Source: Sarea resinae
Lineage: Eukaryota
DNA length: 64,000 bases
Assembly: GCA_026026165.1 (NCBI GenBank)
Contig: JAPEUD010000009.1
Coordinates: 186,001 to 250,000, forward strand
Direction: 5' to 3'
Shown: positions 50,601 to 63,507 of the stretch, one piece after another
Layout of the letters: every line of letters starts with the position of its first letter
Numbering within the stretch: position 1 is the first letter of the stretch
Made by a program: the position numbers and the translations under genes
Notes under the pieces: generated by a model
Told to the model about the DNA's origin: nothing
The model's database searches: none
What the model saw: the letters and a program-made list of their open reading frames with translations, nothing else

Positions 50601-52904
50601 GTAAAGTCATCTCGCCCAGCAGTGCCATGAGTAATGATGTTTTCCCAGATCCAGTAGGCCCTGTAATGACATTGAGCTGCCCAACTTCGAATTTAATGTT
50701 CATTTCAATGAGGCGGAAAGCTTTCGAGAGGTCCATCCCCGCTGCCTCCTTGCTACCCCAAGTGAATGTTGCGTGTTCGAACCCGATGATTGGCTGGCCA
50801 TCCTCGTCAAAACGTTCATGCTGCAGTTGAGAATATTTGCCCGTCTCTTCCTCGCTCAAGAATTCTTCTACGCGATCGACGGATACCTTGGCCTCCTGGA
50901 TATGCGCTAACATATCCGCCAACTGATCAAGCGGTACCCTCAGCAAAGTAAACAACGAGAGCGCCGTAAATGCGACAGAGGGTATGAGGTCCTTCTTCTC
51001 AACGAGCGTGTAGACGGCGAATGACAGAAACGTGATTAGCACTGGCGCACCAGACCAAATTGTAGCAGCTACAGCCCATAGAATATATCGATACCTGAGT
51101 GCCTTCAATTCTCTCGCTCTAGACTCATTGACAATGTGTCCGAAACGCTCTTCCCAGGCAAAAAATTTAATGATCCTGATGTTTTGTAGGACTTCATTGG
51201 TTGTGTGGATTCTTGTGTCGGTCGCAGCCATGATCGTCTTCTGCGCCTTGCTGAATTGCTTGGCAACGACGATGTTCACGGGAAGCAAAACGAGCATGGT
51301 CCCAATCCCGGCGATTGAGCTGTACCCCAGTAGTCTATAAAGGAGAGAGATAGCCAAGACGACTTGAACAGGTGTGGCAGCCGTAAGATAATGTAAGTAA
51401 GCACTGAGCTCACTGATTTTAAAGGAGTCAACTGCCATTAAGTTGATGATGGTTCCAACATTGACTTGCTGATCCGAAGTATCTTTAGCCTGCGGTGCAG
51501 ACAAATTGGCGTTGTTTTCTTGAGTCTTCTTCCGACCGAAGGATAGGATTCGCTTTACAATTCCCTGCTTGGGCTCCTGGTTGGTTTCATCCCCTAGGAT
51601 TGTGTCTGATCCAGCAGCCGCCTTGCGTTTGATGGCTTTTGCATAGATCTCGCCAATTATCACGGCTCGTGATCGAATACAAATCTTGCGTCCGATCCAC
51701 AAAGCCTGTCCACTAGAGATTGCTGCGACGCAGCCAGATACGAAAAGAAGTATGACATATAGCCAGGCTGCATTCATCGGCGTATCTTCCGGGTTCTCCA
51801 CATATTCAAGGACTGCCTTCAGCAGTAGGGTCGGGACAAAGGTATTCAAGCCAGAGATAAAGGCCCACGCCGCTTGAATGATCAGCCCTCGACGGAAGTA
51901 CTTGACCATGTGCCATGCTAAGCCTGATGTTTTCCTCACTTGGCGATAGTTTGCCAACACAGCGGCCGCCTTGTCCTTGGCAAGAAGATTCCATACGTCA
52001 GAGAGCTCCAAAGTCTTCCGATAGCCCTTCCAGACTATAGAATCAACCCATGAGAATGAAGCCAAGGACAAGACACTGGCAAGCGGCTCTCTTGACGGCT
52101 CGAGGTCGTCTTCATACTCTAAGACCACGGCCTTGTTTCCTTTTCGCGAATTGAGTGAGATGAGCGTCAGAAGCGTAGCCAAAGCGAAATCGGATATCAT
52201 CAAGCCCTGAGCAAGTTTAGACCGTGGATGGATGATAGCTGATCGAAATAGGATGACAAGAAACAGCCACTGGAAGCTGTAGAGAAACGCTGTGTGGTAC
52301 CATAGTTTCGGAAAAGAATACTTCTTTGTCCCGGAGAAGAGAAGCCGGATGGAAGCCAGTATCAGAATGTACGTTCAGGCCAGTAGGCCAGCTATTGCAG
52401 CCAATCGCCCGTTCGGGCCCCATGCGTTTGTCAATAACGCGGCAGCACTAATTCCCACTTCTCCAAGCACGGCTAACTCTTCGATAATGACCACGAGGAT
52501 CTCTCCCTTGGGCCTGTCCACAGCCAGGACAGACTCGTGGGTTTTTGTTGGAGCCAGGTGCAGGTCCAGATCCTCATCCTCACTTTCTGTATCATCGTCG
52601 TGATTCGAAAGTCCATTCCTGGCATCGCTGTCACCCGGTATGCCGAAAACGTTATCGGTGCTGGCAAGTGATTTGTAGGAAGACTTTTGGGACTGTCTGA
52701 TCTGCTGGATGATCTGGAAAGACAAGAACAGAATTGAAGTGCCGGAGATGATTAAAGGTAGGAGGACTTGCAGGAAGCTAGACAGTAGAGTTAGAGAAAG
52801 TGCGTGCGATGCCTGTAGAGCACTTGCGATTGAACTTACTCTCGTTGAAAGCAATTTGTAAAGTCATCGTGCCTCCAAATTGGGCCTTCGCAACGCGCGA
52901 ACAT
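47683..52904 (-). CDS. ABCC/MRP-type ABC transporter (Ybt1-like) with an in-frame TGA at codon 156
   Basis: Exons 52904-52840, 52777-48752, 48703-48357, 48305-47683 total 5061 nt (1686 aa plus stop). TMD0 followed by two TMD-NBD halves (GPTGSGKT/LSGGQ, GRTGAGKS/LSQGQ). Internal TGA at 52377-52375, so it may be a pseudogene allele. Confidence 0.9.
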
Positions 52905-54836
52905 GGCCGCCACTCTCTAATGGCACGAAGGCGAACGCAGGATGCTTTTCGGGCCGGAGCAATTGCGTGCTAGATTACCGCGGGTAGCACTGGAGGAGCT
53001 GCAGCAGTGCTAACAGCGACAGCATCTCTGGATAAGCGTTCAAAGAAAAGGCTGAGTCTATGCAATTATTAGTGAGAGTGAGGGAGAAGGTGGTGTTGAG
53101 TGAGGTAAGGTCCAGTCAGTAAGGTAGGGTAAGGTAGGCAAATAGGTTTGGTTTGGTAGCTGGAGTGTTATTTCGATACGGTAGGCATGTCCACTAAATG
53201 CTCCAGAGTCGATCTTGAGCCTGCCGTAAATTTGTGCATCAAGTACTTTTCATCGTCCAAGAGGGCTTCGGTACGCGCAAAAGGCGGCCATCTCCGGCAG
53301 GACAAAGAGTACTGACTACTTTGAGAGTAAGTACATCTACTGCGCATGGGATGACTCTAATGCCGGCTGTGCGGTTGGTGCGGCGCCCAGAACATGCACT
53401 TTTGGGACGATAATGCATCATGAACCCGGACCAGCAACAAGATAAGGCCAGAGAGCAACGGGATGCACGAGATGAACACATGGACCACCTCAGATTGAAC
53501 GATAGATACTGACCATCTCCAGGGCTGGCATCAACGATGAGCTGAATTGCAATTATCCTCTGCCCTCTGGGTATCGATTGAGCTACCACCTTGTACCTGA
53601 TATAGCCAATCTGATCTTATTATTGCATCGTCACCGTCTTTCCTTCGTACTCCCACAACAGACCTGGACTTCTCGTTTCTTCGCGTCAAGGGTGGGGCCC
53701 GGGTACGAGCACGGGCGCAACTCGCAATGACTAAGGCGGCCTGGACCAGGAAAGGTAAGCAAATGGATTGCTGCACCATCTCCATACGCCTTGTCCCTTT
53801 CAGCAGGTGGCAACGTCCATGATGGCAACATGAGGTTCGCCATTGTGCATCTCTAGGTACCTAGACAATCATCGAGCAGACAGCTCAGATGCGGTAGCTA
53901 TCGGAGAGACTAGAGTCATCTCCTCTAGCTGAGCTCTAGGGAGTACCAGAGTAGAGTAATGGAGGTCTCGCTATTACCTGATCACGCTTCTTGCATGCGG
54001 TGGTTGACTTTCACTCCCACCTCCGCTCCCTCCCCATCATGTGCAAATGGCGGAGCAGCGGGAGCGTGTGTGCATGCAGATCTGCTCTGCTATCTGGCGA
54101 GTTCTCTCCTGCCATCATTGCCATTGACTCTCTCGTGATTGGGCTCTTCCGTTGTTTCCCGCTTCTCAGACGTTTCGCTCGAGCCCTCCCCTGGTCAGAT
54201 GGCGGTTGGATTTAGCCACTTCCATGCCAATTGGTGACTCCTCTCGACTCTGCGCATCTCGTGCAAGGATCGCGAGCCGATTTGCATCAGTACATAGTAT
54301 CCCCTCCGTTTGTCTTCTACATAGTACGAGCATAAGTACGAAGTGCGAAGTACTCTATCGCGATCGCTCCTCCGGCTGCGTTCGAGTAAACCAGAATCAC
54401 CGCATAGGAACCCTGCTCGCTCGCAAAGAGCAATGTTACACCCGATTCATTCAGAGCGTCCGCGGGCCCCTCAAGAGACACGGCTCGTGAAGGCAAAGTG
54501 TCAGAGTCACAAAGAGGTGACTAGGTTCCTCACCGCCCACTCTCAAGTAACAGGATCAGACGATACAGCTTCCCGTCGAAACATCACTGCCGGAGGAGGG
54601 ATCTCAGATCGGGGAAAGACTCGCGTGAGAGGGCCATGTCTCAATGCTTAGCATGTGGCGTTTCAGGCGCTTGTGGCCCGGTGGTAGCGTTGATTGAACC
54701 TCCAAGCTTGTCTACATCTACATCCAACCAAAAGTGCCTTCATCTTGACAATCAATGGCATGAAATTGACTTGGTGCGCAATTCGGATTCAATCTATATA
54801 CAAACAAGTCCATCGCTCCATCCGATAGCCAGAGAT

Positions 54837-55647
54837 CTATTCGCGCGGTTTGGCCGTTGGTTCCCATGCGTTGATTTTCGACTTCGTTCTAATTGCCCAG
54901 GATGTTAGAGCCGTCGAGGGAAAGTCGAGGGAATGCCTTACGTGCTGTAGGTCTTGAATGCTCCTCGGCTTTGGGTGAGATTAGGGCGATGCTCTGGAAG
55001 TTCCCAGGCCCGCACGCCGGTCTGTACAAGAGGATCTTGAGTTGGAGGCTTATCGATCATGTACGCCAGCCAAGCGTGCCTTGATAATGTCAAAACCCAA
55101 CGAGGAAGAGAATAGCTAGCGTCGTGATTTGCTTACCAGCCAGGCTCGACCTGCGCTCTAAATATCAAAGGCATTAGCGAATGAAGACGATGAGCAGTCT
55201 GTACATAACCTACGCATCGAATTGCTTTTCCTTGTAGTCAACCCACCGCGTTCTCACTATAATCTAGAGTCAGAAAGTCTCTTTGTTCTTCTTGCATCGT
55301 TTGGCCATACACGGCAACTCCTCTTCTTGATTTTCGTAGAACTTGTTGCCATATCGGTCCTTGGCGATGAACGTTCCAGCCTTGGTATCACCTGCAGAGC
55401 TTTAGCGGAAGCACAATAGCACGCTATAGACAGCTCCGCTCACCTTGGTACTGTACGGAGAGGCATCGTGATTCAGCATGGAAACCTCCGCAGACCCGCG
55501 GCAACATGGACGTACCTGCATCTGATGGCCATACTCCTATCGCGATCACGATCGTCAGCGCACGCAAGATCTCTAAGATGTGTTGAGAATCCATACCTTC
55601 AGGCCAATCCGTCGCAGGTTTCGCAGAGTTCTGAGTATCGTCGACAT
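54837..55647 (-). CDS. NDUFA12: NADH:ubiquinone oxidoreductase subunit NDUFA12 (B17.2)
   Basis: Eight exons (55647-55597, 55536-55516, 55450-55444, 55391-55311, 55256-55214, 55157-55137, 55079-54942, 54888-54837) total 414 nt: MSTILRTLRNLRRIGLKEYGHQMQYQGDTKAGTFIAKDRYGNKFYENQEEELPLRTRWVDYKEKQFDAAQVEPGWHAWL...AWEPTAKPRE*. Confidence 0.95.
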
Positions 55648-56046
55648 GGTGGAGAGGAGATTGACGCTCGACGTGCTTTGTGCATTCCCACTCGCCGTCA
55701 AGGACGTCCCGACGACTTGAAGTTGACGAGAGTCGCCGGGTAACACCATGCTTGGCTTGGGTTCAGCATCACCGGAACGATCGACGCAATTCGGCTAGCC
55801 GATCCATGACAACATGCCCGAACAGGATCTCCATAGATCAACAAATTAAAGTTGAATGGATTCTGCAGAGCTTGATATCTGCCAAAACCGCGTCCCCTTT
55901 TGTTGACATCTAACTAATTCTCAACTATAGATTGCTGGATGTGCATTTCAGTCATAGGAAGTCTCTAGAGCTTCTCCAGGTCAGTAGATAGCCCTGGAGC
56001 TTCCATTGGGAGCAAAGTTGGTTGCCGTAGTTGCTGATCTTCTCAG

Positions 56047-57788
56047 ATGCTGGCTCGGCGCATTGCAAGATGTCGACCTCTTCGGAATCGCAATTGTCCG
56101 TCGTGTGGGGTTCGATCCAGTAGCTGCCGCAATCTATCCTCTTCAGCGAGCTTCAGCAATTCCTCTCCGCCGCAGTCTTCGGCCTCCGTCCTGGGCAGTC
56201 TCTCAAGTGAGCTCGATCGACTGGCGCCGCGCTTTGATGTGGAAGCCTCTCAGATACGCATATTACAGTCTCCTAGCCAGTTTTACGAGACATTAAAGGT
56301 CCGCCCGCCGTATGAGTCCCTATTAGGTTAATTTAGCCTGCTGACCATGCTCGATAGACCAAAATCCTGAACGCGCAACGACGAATATATATTTCTACCC
56401 TCTATATCGGCAAGACGGAGCACGATCTAGTATGTCAGTATGCCTGCTTGAGAGCCGAGCTAAGAAATACAGATTTCTACAATTCGACATGCGCTCCAGA
56501 CTCATCCGAACCTCAAGGTCTCATTCTTGACTGATGCTTTGCGCGGGACACGAGAGACGCCAGAGCCATCATGTGCTTCTCTACTAGCACCGCTGGTTGC
56601 GGACTTTGGGCCTGAAAGGGTAGAAGTGCGCATGTACCATACCCCTAACCTAACCGGTCTGAGAAAAAAAATCATCCCACGGCGTATCAATGAAGGATGG
56701 GGACTTCAGCACATGAAGCTGTACGGTGTTGATGATGATATCATCATGTCGGGGTATGAGCTCCTCGCGGAAGAAACGTTTTATCAAGCCACCCACGCTA
56801 ATTGCAATACCACAGAGCAAACCTCTCAACCGATTACTTCACCAATCGGCAAGATAGATATCACGTTTTTTCCTCAAAGGAGATTACGGACTATTTTGCT
56901 CGCATCCATTATGCAGTTGCCAGCATCAGCTACCTAGTGCGGCCTGATCCTGATGATCCTGCCGGCTATTTGCTCCAATGGCCGGACTCGAATCAGGCGC
57001 CAAACCCCCTAGACGCCCCCGGCGAATATGTCAAGAAAGCCGGCGCTCTCCTGAATCCTCTAATACAGCCGCTTGTAGCGACAAAAGGCCAAACTCAGCC
57101 TGCTACCGATACGGTTGTCTATCCCCTAGCACAATTCACACCTCTCTTATCTCCGGACACATCTACGGAACACCCTTCTCTCACTACCGTCTTGCGCCAT
57201 CTATCCACCCCCGCTTTCGCCAACTCAAGATGGGCTTTCACTGCCGGATACTTTAATATTTCTCCCGAATTCAAACAATTACTCATGGCTTCCAAGCCGA
57301 AAAATGGCACCATCATAGCAGCAAGCCCGTGGGCTAACGGCTTCTACGGCTCCAAAGGCGTCTCTGGAATGCTCCCCCCTGCATATACGTTGCTCGCGCG
57401 GCGCTTCTTGGAGAGCATTCAGCGAGCCGGCCTTGGCGAGCAGATAGAGCTCAAGGAGTGGCGCAAAGGCACGGTCGGCGAACCAGACGGCTGGACGTAC
57501 CACGCCAAGGGCATATGGGTGACCTTACCCGAAGAGCAGACCCCAAGCATTACCGTGGTAGGGTCATCGAATTATACGAAGCGGAGCTATTCGCTCGATC
57601 TCGAGGTCAACACGCTCATCGTCACGCGCAATGAAGACCTGAAGAAGAGATTGGGGGCCGAACAAGCCTGGCTTCAGGAATATGCGAAGACGGTTGATAT
57701 TGATGAATTTACGAAGCCCGAGAGGAGAGTCAGCATTGTCGTAAGGATATCGATGTTGATCGTCACTTTACTGGGTGGGGCTCTGTAA
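56047..57788 (+). CDS. PGS1: Phosphatidylglycerophosphate synthase (PLD-type), mitochondrial
   Basis: Exons 56047-56298, 56358-56429, 56473-56753, 56816-57788; STLYIGK, DALRGTRE, GLQHMKLYG, SGANLS..YFTNRQDRY, WTYHAKG, GSSNY. Confidence 0.94.
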
Positions 57789-58150
57789 TTTGACGACTTG
57801 CTGCAGAACAAACCAGAGAGGGTGTAGGGCTTGGCTTTTTGGGTCAAGGTCCGTCCATATATCCATACCTGACCTATGATAGAATTGTATATAGAGAGGT
57901 GTGGTAGAGTATCGAAATATGTATGAGTGAGCATGACGTCTCTTCTCTCAATATTAGAAATCAGATCTAATCAATGAAGACTTTGGACCGTATGTATTAG
58001 TGTGCGCTTGAATTGGGGATAGGTATCTACTAGGTCTCTAAAATAAATAAGAATGACTCTGTACTTTTATCTGATGTTGGTGCTCCAAACCCAACTCCCA
58101 CGCGCCTCGCACAGAGATATTCAATAGCAGGAAAAGCTCATGGACCATAC

Positions 58151-59647
58151 TTATCCCCTAGCTTTTGCTAATGCCTTTTCCGACCGGAATCGTGCAGGTC
58201 CAAGGCCACGTCGCTAGACAGAAAACAATCATCAGTATATTATCGCACAGAAGAAGCGCGAAGCAGACGAGGGGAGACGACTCACCACCTCCTCTAATTG
58301 CTCCAACCCACTCTGATATCCACCCTTCTTGACTCTCCTCTTCCCAGACATCGAATATCCCCCTAGGAAATCATCCATGATTGAATCGAAGTCTTCGCGC
58401 ACGTGGCCCGTTCCTTGCTGTGAAGACGCCGTCGTGGTACCCGTGGCCACTGAAGCACCATCATCCAAATCATCATTCTCATCGTCGGCGTATTCCTCCT
58501 CGATCTTGTCGAAACGCTCGTCGAGTAGAGTCAGGCCCTCGGTGCGGAAGAGCGAGGAACTGGTCATTGAGTAGCCGCTGGTGGAAGTGCGGGCACCCTT
58601 GCGCTTTTTGTGTCGGCCACCGGTCAAGGAGCTGTTGCTCGTGAGGATTGAGGATTGGAGGTCGGAGGGTGCGAGGGGGTTGCGGGGCGTGTTAGCGCTG
58701 GCTTTGGTGGCCTTTTTGAACTTGCTGAATTCTTTCATCCAGTCACCGTCACCGTGATCGCCGGCTTCTTCGTCGGATGGTGTGACGCTCTCGCCTTCTG
58801 CAATGGCTGGTGCAGCCATGGTTTTGTATTCTTTGCTCGGCTTGGCGGTGTCGTCTGTTTCCCAGCCGTCGCCGTCCTCGTCGCCGAACTCTTCACCGTC
58901 CCATCCCGCCTCGTAGAACTCATCTTCTGTGACCTCCTTTCCGTCCTTGGCAAGTTCGCCGAAGATGTCGTCTTCATCGTCGACGTACGCTTCGTCTTCC
59001 AACGCTTCCATGACCTCGCGCAGCCTAGGGTCCATGTCCGGCTGGAACCCGGCTAGCGCATCTGGAATGTCCTGTTGATCTTGATACGTCGTCTTTCGTT
59101 GCTCCTTCGAGGGTAGTATGTCATCATCCAGCAACTGTTTTCGACTGTCCGAGACCTTCACTCCTCCAGCAGACTCATCATCAGGATCGTCCAACGAGGC
59201 CTCTCTCAGCGCATCCTCCAACTTCTGTTTCCCCTTCCCTTTCTGCTGCTTCGTCGACGGCTTCGGAGCCTCCACAAAATACGCCTCGGTCGAAGATCCC
59301 AGGTCCCGCATATGCTGCATGTAGTCATATTCCGTGTCGTCGTAGTAAATGCCATAATTTGCGGCCTCACCCTCGTTATCGCGCACGGTATTCGGGTCCA
59401 GGCCTAGCTCTTCCTCAAGGTCATTTCGGTGCTTGATTTTCTGACTGTTCGGGGCCGCCACCTCCTTGAAGACCATGTCCGAGGCCTCGGCATCGTGGAT
59501 GCGCGGGTCGTTCTGGGCGCGGTGGACCAGCTGAAACGTCGTGGCATTTTTCTTGTCGCTATCGATAAGGGTGTTTTGTTAGTGGGGAGGTAGGCAATTT
59601 TTCGTGCGCCCGGATCTGGAGACTCACATCCATCTTTTCGGAGCCAT
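58151..59647 (-). CDS. LTV1: 40S ribosome biogenesis factor Ltv1
   Basis: MAPKRWI|DKKNATTFQLVHRAQNDPRIHD, GEAANYGIYYDDTEYDYMQHMR, GFQPDMDPRLREVMEALEDEAY, SMTSSSLFRTEGLTLLDERF; terminal exon RRGLGPARF..*. Confidence 0.94.
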
Positions 59648-59930
59648 CTTGAATAAGAGAGGTTATTGTTATCCCTCTTCTCTGACCAATTTGGTGACAG
59701 GAGCTGTTGGGGGGGAGGGCGCTCGTTGATTATATTCTGCTGACGAAACAAATCAGACCGAGTGGAGAGTGTGAAATCGATCGTGACTCCAAAAAATTGT
59801 CGAGACACACAAGCGAGTGACGTTTTGCCCCTCGGCCTTCACAAAACCCCACCAGTGTTCTTTTACATCACTCTCAACCGCATTTATACCCCATTTTCAA
59901 CCACGGATCAGCATCTCGAAGATTGCCATC

Positions 59931-62023
59931 ATGGTTCTGGCAAAGTCGAAGAACGCCGTCGGGCTGGGTAACAGTCTGATGAACGATCGTTTTGGCAAGG
60001 GCAAGGGCGCAGACCGCAAAAAGGGCTCCGCTGTGGGCATCCAGAGAACAGACGCCAACGGCGAAGCAGTGAGTCCCATCTACCCCCTGGCCCATGACCC
60101 ATCGTTGATTGAAAAATTCAGTACATCACGAGCGGTCCGAAAGAGGCATCATGGGTCAAAATGCGAAGTGTCACCGAGCAGGCCGCCCTGGACGAATTTC
60201 TCAGCACCGCCGAGCTAGCAGGCACCGACTTCACGGCTGAAAAAATGAATAATGTCAAGATCATCCATACCGACCAGAAAAACCCTTACCTGCTCTCAGC
60301 GGCCGAGGAGAGATCTGCGGTCAAGAAGCAAAATGCGAACAAGAACAGATTGACCGTCCCTCGACGGCCGCATTGGGATGCGACGACTACACCGCAGCAG
60401 CTCGACAATCGCGAAAGAGAATCGCTGCTCGATTGGCGACGGGGATTAGCTGAGCTACAAGAGTCCAATGATCTTCTAATGACGCCTTTTGAGCGAAATC
60501 TGGAAGTTTGGAGGCAGCTATGGCGAGTGATCGAGCGGTCAGATCTCGTCGTGCAGATTGTTGATGCACGACACCCTCTGCTTTTCCGATCAGAGGATCT
60601 CGAGAAGTACGTCAAGGAAGTGGATTCGCGGAAGAATAATTTGCTGCTGGTGAACAAGGCGGACATGATGACTCTAGAGCAAAGGGAGGCTTGGGCGGAC
60701 TACTTTGAAGAGGCGGGCATCAATTACAAATTCTTCTCTGCTTCGCTGGCGAAAGAGATGAACGAAGCTAAAGAGCCCGGCGACCATGAAGAATCGGGCG
60801 AGGAAGAGGAAGCTAAACCATTGGATGGGGACAGTAACCGATTGGCGCGCGAGGCTAAAAAGATGGCGATTCAAGATGCCGAAGAGGAAGAAGAAGAATG
60901 GGCTAGTGAGGAAGAGATTGACATAGAAGGGGGCGTTGCCGCCGGTGATCAGAGAACTCGTATCTTGACCGTGGATGAGCTCGAAGAATTGTTCTTGGAA
61001 CACTCGCCCCTACTGGAGGGTAAGCTCCGTTCCACTGCTCCATTTCGATCTTGGTGTATACTGACTAGAAAATCAGACGCCAACTCCGAGAACCCCCGGA
61101 AAACTCAAATCGGCCTCGTCGGCTACCCCAACGTCGGGAAATCCTCCACAATCAACGCGCTGATCGGCGCGAAGAAGGTATCCGTGTCTTCCACGCCCGG
61201 AAAAACAAAGCACTTCCAAACCATCCATCTCAGCCCCTCGGTCATCCTGTGCGATTGCCCCGGTCTCGTCTTCCCCAACTTTGCCACCACCAAGGCCGAG
61301 CTCGTATGCAGCGGCGTGCTGCCCATCGACCAACTCCGCGAGTTCACGGGCCCCGTTGGACTCGTAGCCCAGCGCATCCCGCAGGCATTCCTCGAAGCCC
61401 TGTACGGCATGAAGATCCACATCCGACCCCTGGAAGAAGGCGGCACGGGCACGCCCACCGCGCAGGAAATCTTGAGCGCCTATGCCACCGCGCGCGGCTT
61501 CTCCACCACGGGCCACGGCATCCCGGACGAGTCGCGCGCCGCTCGCTACGTGCTCAAGGACTACGTCAACGGCAAGCTGCTCTTCTGCCACCCGCCGCCG
61601 GCGGACGAGCCCATCGACCCCCGCGCCTTCAATCGGGAGCTCTACAACGAAGCCCACCTGCCGCAGAAACGCCGCGCCCTCCTCGCCGTGCACGACGACT
61701 CGCTCGCTTCACAGTCCGAGGATCCGTCGCTCATGGACGATGACGACGCCGCCGACGCGATCCCGCTGCCCGTTCAGGGCGAGAAGTCGACGAGGTTGGA
61801 CAAGCGCTTCTTCGGGCCCGGCCAGGGCGTGAACGCGCACGTGACTATGCCGTTCAACCACAAGTACAGCGAGCAGGGGAAGGCGCTCAGTGGACGGAAA
61901 CAGCGGGCTCTGGTGGCGTTGGAGAGAGGGGTGGATCCCAGGGAGGTGCAGTTGCAGGGAGGAGGAAAGAAGCACTTCAAGGGCAATAGGAAGAAGGGCA
62001 AGGGCAAGGCCGAGGAATTCTGA
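59931..62023 (+). CDS. LSG1: 60S export GTPase Lsg1 (circularly permuted GTPase)
   Basis: TPFERNLEVWRQLWRVIERSD, NKAD before GYPNVGKSS, TPGKTKHFQT, DCPG; two introns. Confidence 0.96.
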
Positions 62024-62338
62024 GTCCCATGTTTGTTTGCCCCTTACTCAGGGAGGGGAAGAGCTGTCTGTGTTGCTTGATGATGGATGAGGAGCATTCG
62101 TTCGCTCATGGCGTTTGTGGGGTATGGCCTTTTTTCCTTTAGACTGGCTTGCTGGTGCGGTAGACGTTAACCCCTACCGAAAACGGGAAGAATATTACGG
62201 ATGCAAAATGGCTGTCGTGTCTTCTGTCTTGATTGAACACATTCATCGAGAGGACTGCAACGTAGAAGAAAGAGAGCGAAGGATCGTGCCCAATTAAGTG
62301 ATAATCTTTTACTCAGACCAGACCAGACCAAAGCAGAC

Positions 62339-63507
62339 CTATCGCCGACTCGTAGACCCAAATCCCGAACTCTCGTACCTCGTAGACGAAAAGGACGCAC
62401 TGGGAGACGAACGACTGCTGCTGCCCCTCGAACTCCCTTCGCCGGCGTCATCTCCCCAGAGACCGCCACCGCCACCCCACCCCGTATTTCGACCTTGCCC
62501 AGGTGTTTGCGTACCATTCTGCCCTCGTCTGCCAGCCATATAGCCCGCGGCCGCACCACCCAGCATACCCGACCACAGCCCAGGTCGCCAGCCTTGCCCT
62601 CCAGCGGCAGCCGGAGCAGCCCGCGAAGACGAAGAGCGGGATTTACGTGGTGGACCTCCTGGTGGACGAGGATCGTACGGCGGAGGCGGGTCGTCGTTGT
62701 CGTCGCCACCTCCACCACCCCCTCCGAACCCACCCCAGCCGTTTCCGCGCCTCGGTGGTGGAGGCAAGCCCCTGGCTGCGCCATCCCTGATGAACGCGGC
62801 ATACAACATCCAGGCCACCACGCCGACAAAAAGCACCCAGAACGCCACTTTCACCCAATCGGTGCCGCTCCCCTTGAAGCCGCGCCATAAGTCGTCGCCG
62901 TCGGTTCCAGAGCCGTATCGCTTCTCGCCCTCCTCGGTGAGGAGCAGGCGGTATTCTACTCCGCACGACCCCTTGAGGATATACGGGTCGTTCGGCGACG
63001 CGTATCCCTCGCAGATGACGTCTGTGGAGCCGAGCTTGAACTCGGGGGGCAGGGAGGCGGTGCATGTCCATTCGACTGTGTCGTCCGAGTAGGAGGTGCC
63101 TTGGTTCTTACAGCGCATGACATCGATCGTATAGTAGGGCTGTGCGCTACCACCGATACATTTGAGCTGGAGACAAAGATGGGTAAGCGAACATCATCGC
63201 CACAAATCTACGCTCACAGGAAGCGCCGTTTGAGAAAGTTGTGATGTGAAATAGGAAGGTTGGCATTGGATCGGCGCGCCGAAGCGACGCTGGCCGGTGT
63301 GGTGGGCGTCGAGGGGTTGTTTACCTGTGGAATGGCGGACACGCGCCTTGCTGTCGTCTTTGCATCTTTGCGCAGCGTGAGCGTTTTGACATCCGAGAGG
63401 AGGACGGCGTTGGCTGGCTTGCGTTCTTTTGCTGCTGCTGCGTCGGTGACGCTGGTGATGGCACAGAGGGCGAGGATGGCGGGGTAGAGAACGCTGATGG
63501 CCCGCAT
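62339..63507 (-). CDS. SARAF-family (store-operated calcium entry-associated regulatory factor) membrane protein
   Basis: Signal peptide; VLLSDVKTLTL..TTARRVSAIPQ|LKCIGG (intron 63324-63167), FKLGSTDVICEGY, YILKGSCGVEYRL, one TM helix, PPPY, GFGSTSRR*. Confidence 0.92.

Noticed and set aside
52375..52377. Genome-wide TGA=Trp recoding or RIP as the cause of the internal stop
   Set aside because: TGA terminates many genes in this window, and CpA-directed RIP would convert TGG to TAG, not TGA.
63167..63324. Stwintron (nested intron) in the longer introns of SARAF, APM4 and DUF1770
   Set aside because: Internal donor or branch-like sites exist, but no internal excision was found that rebuilds a split splice element; each works as a single canonical intron.
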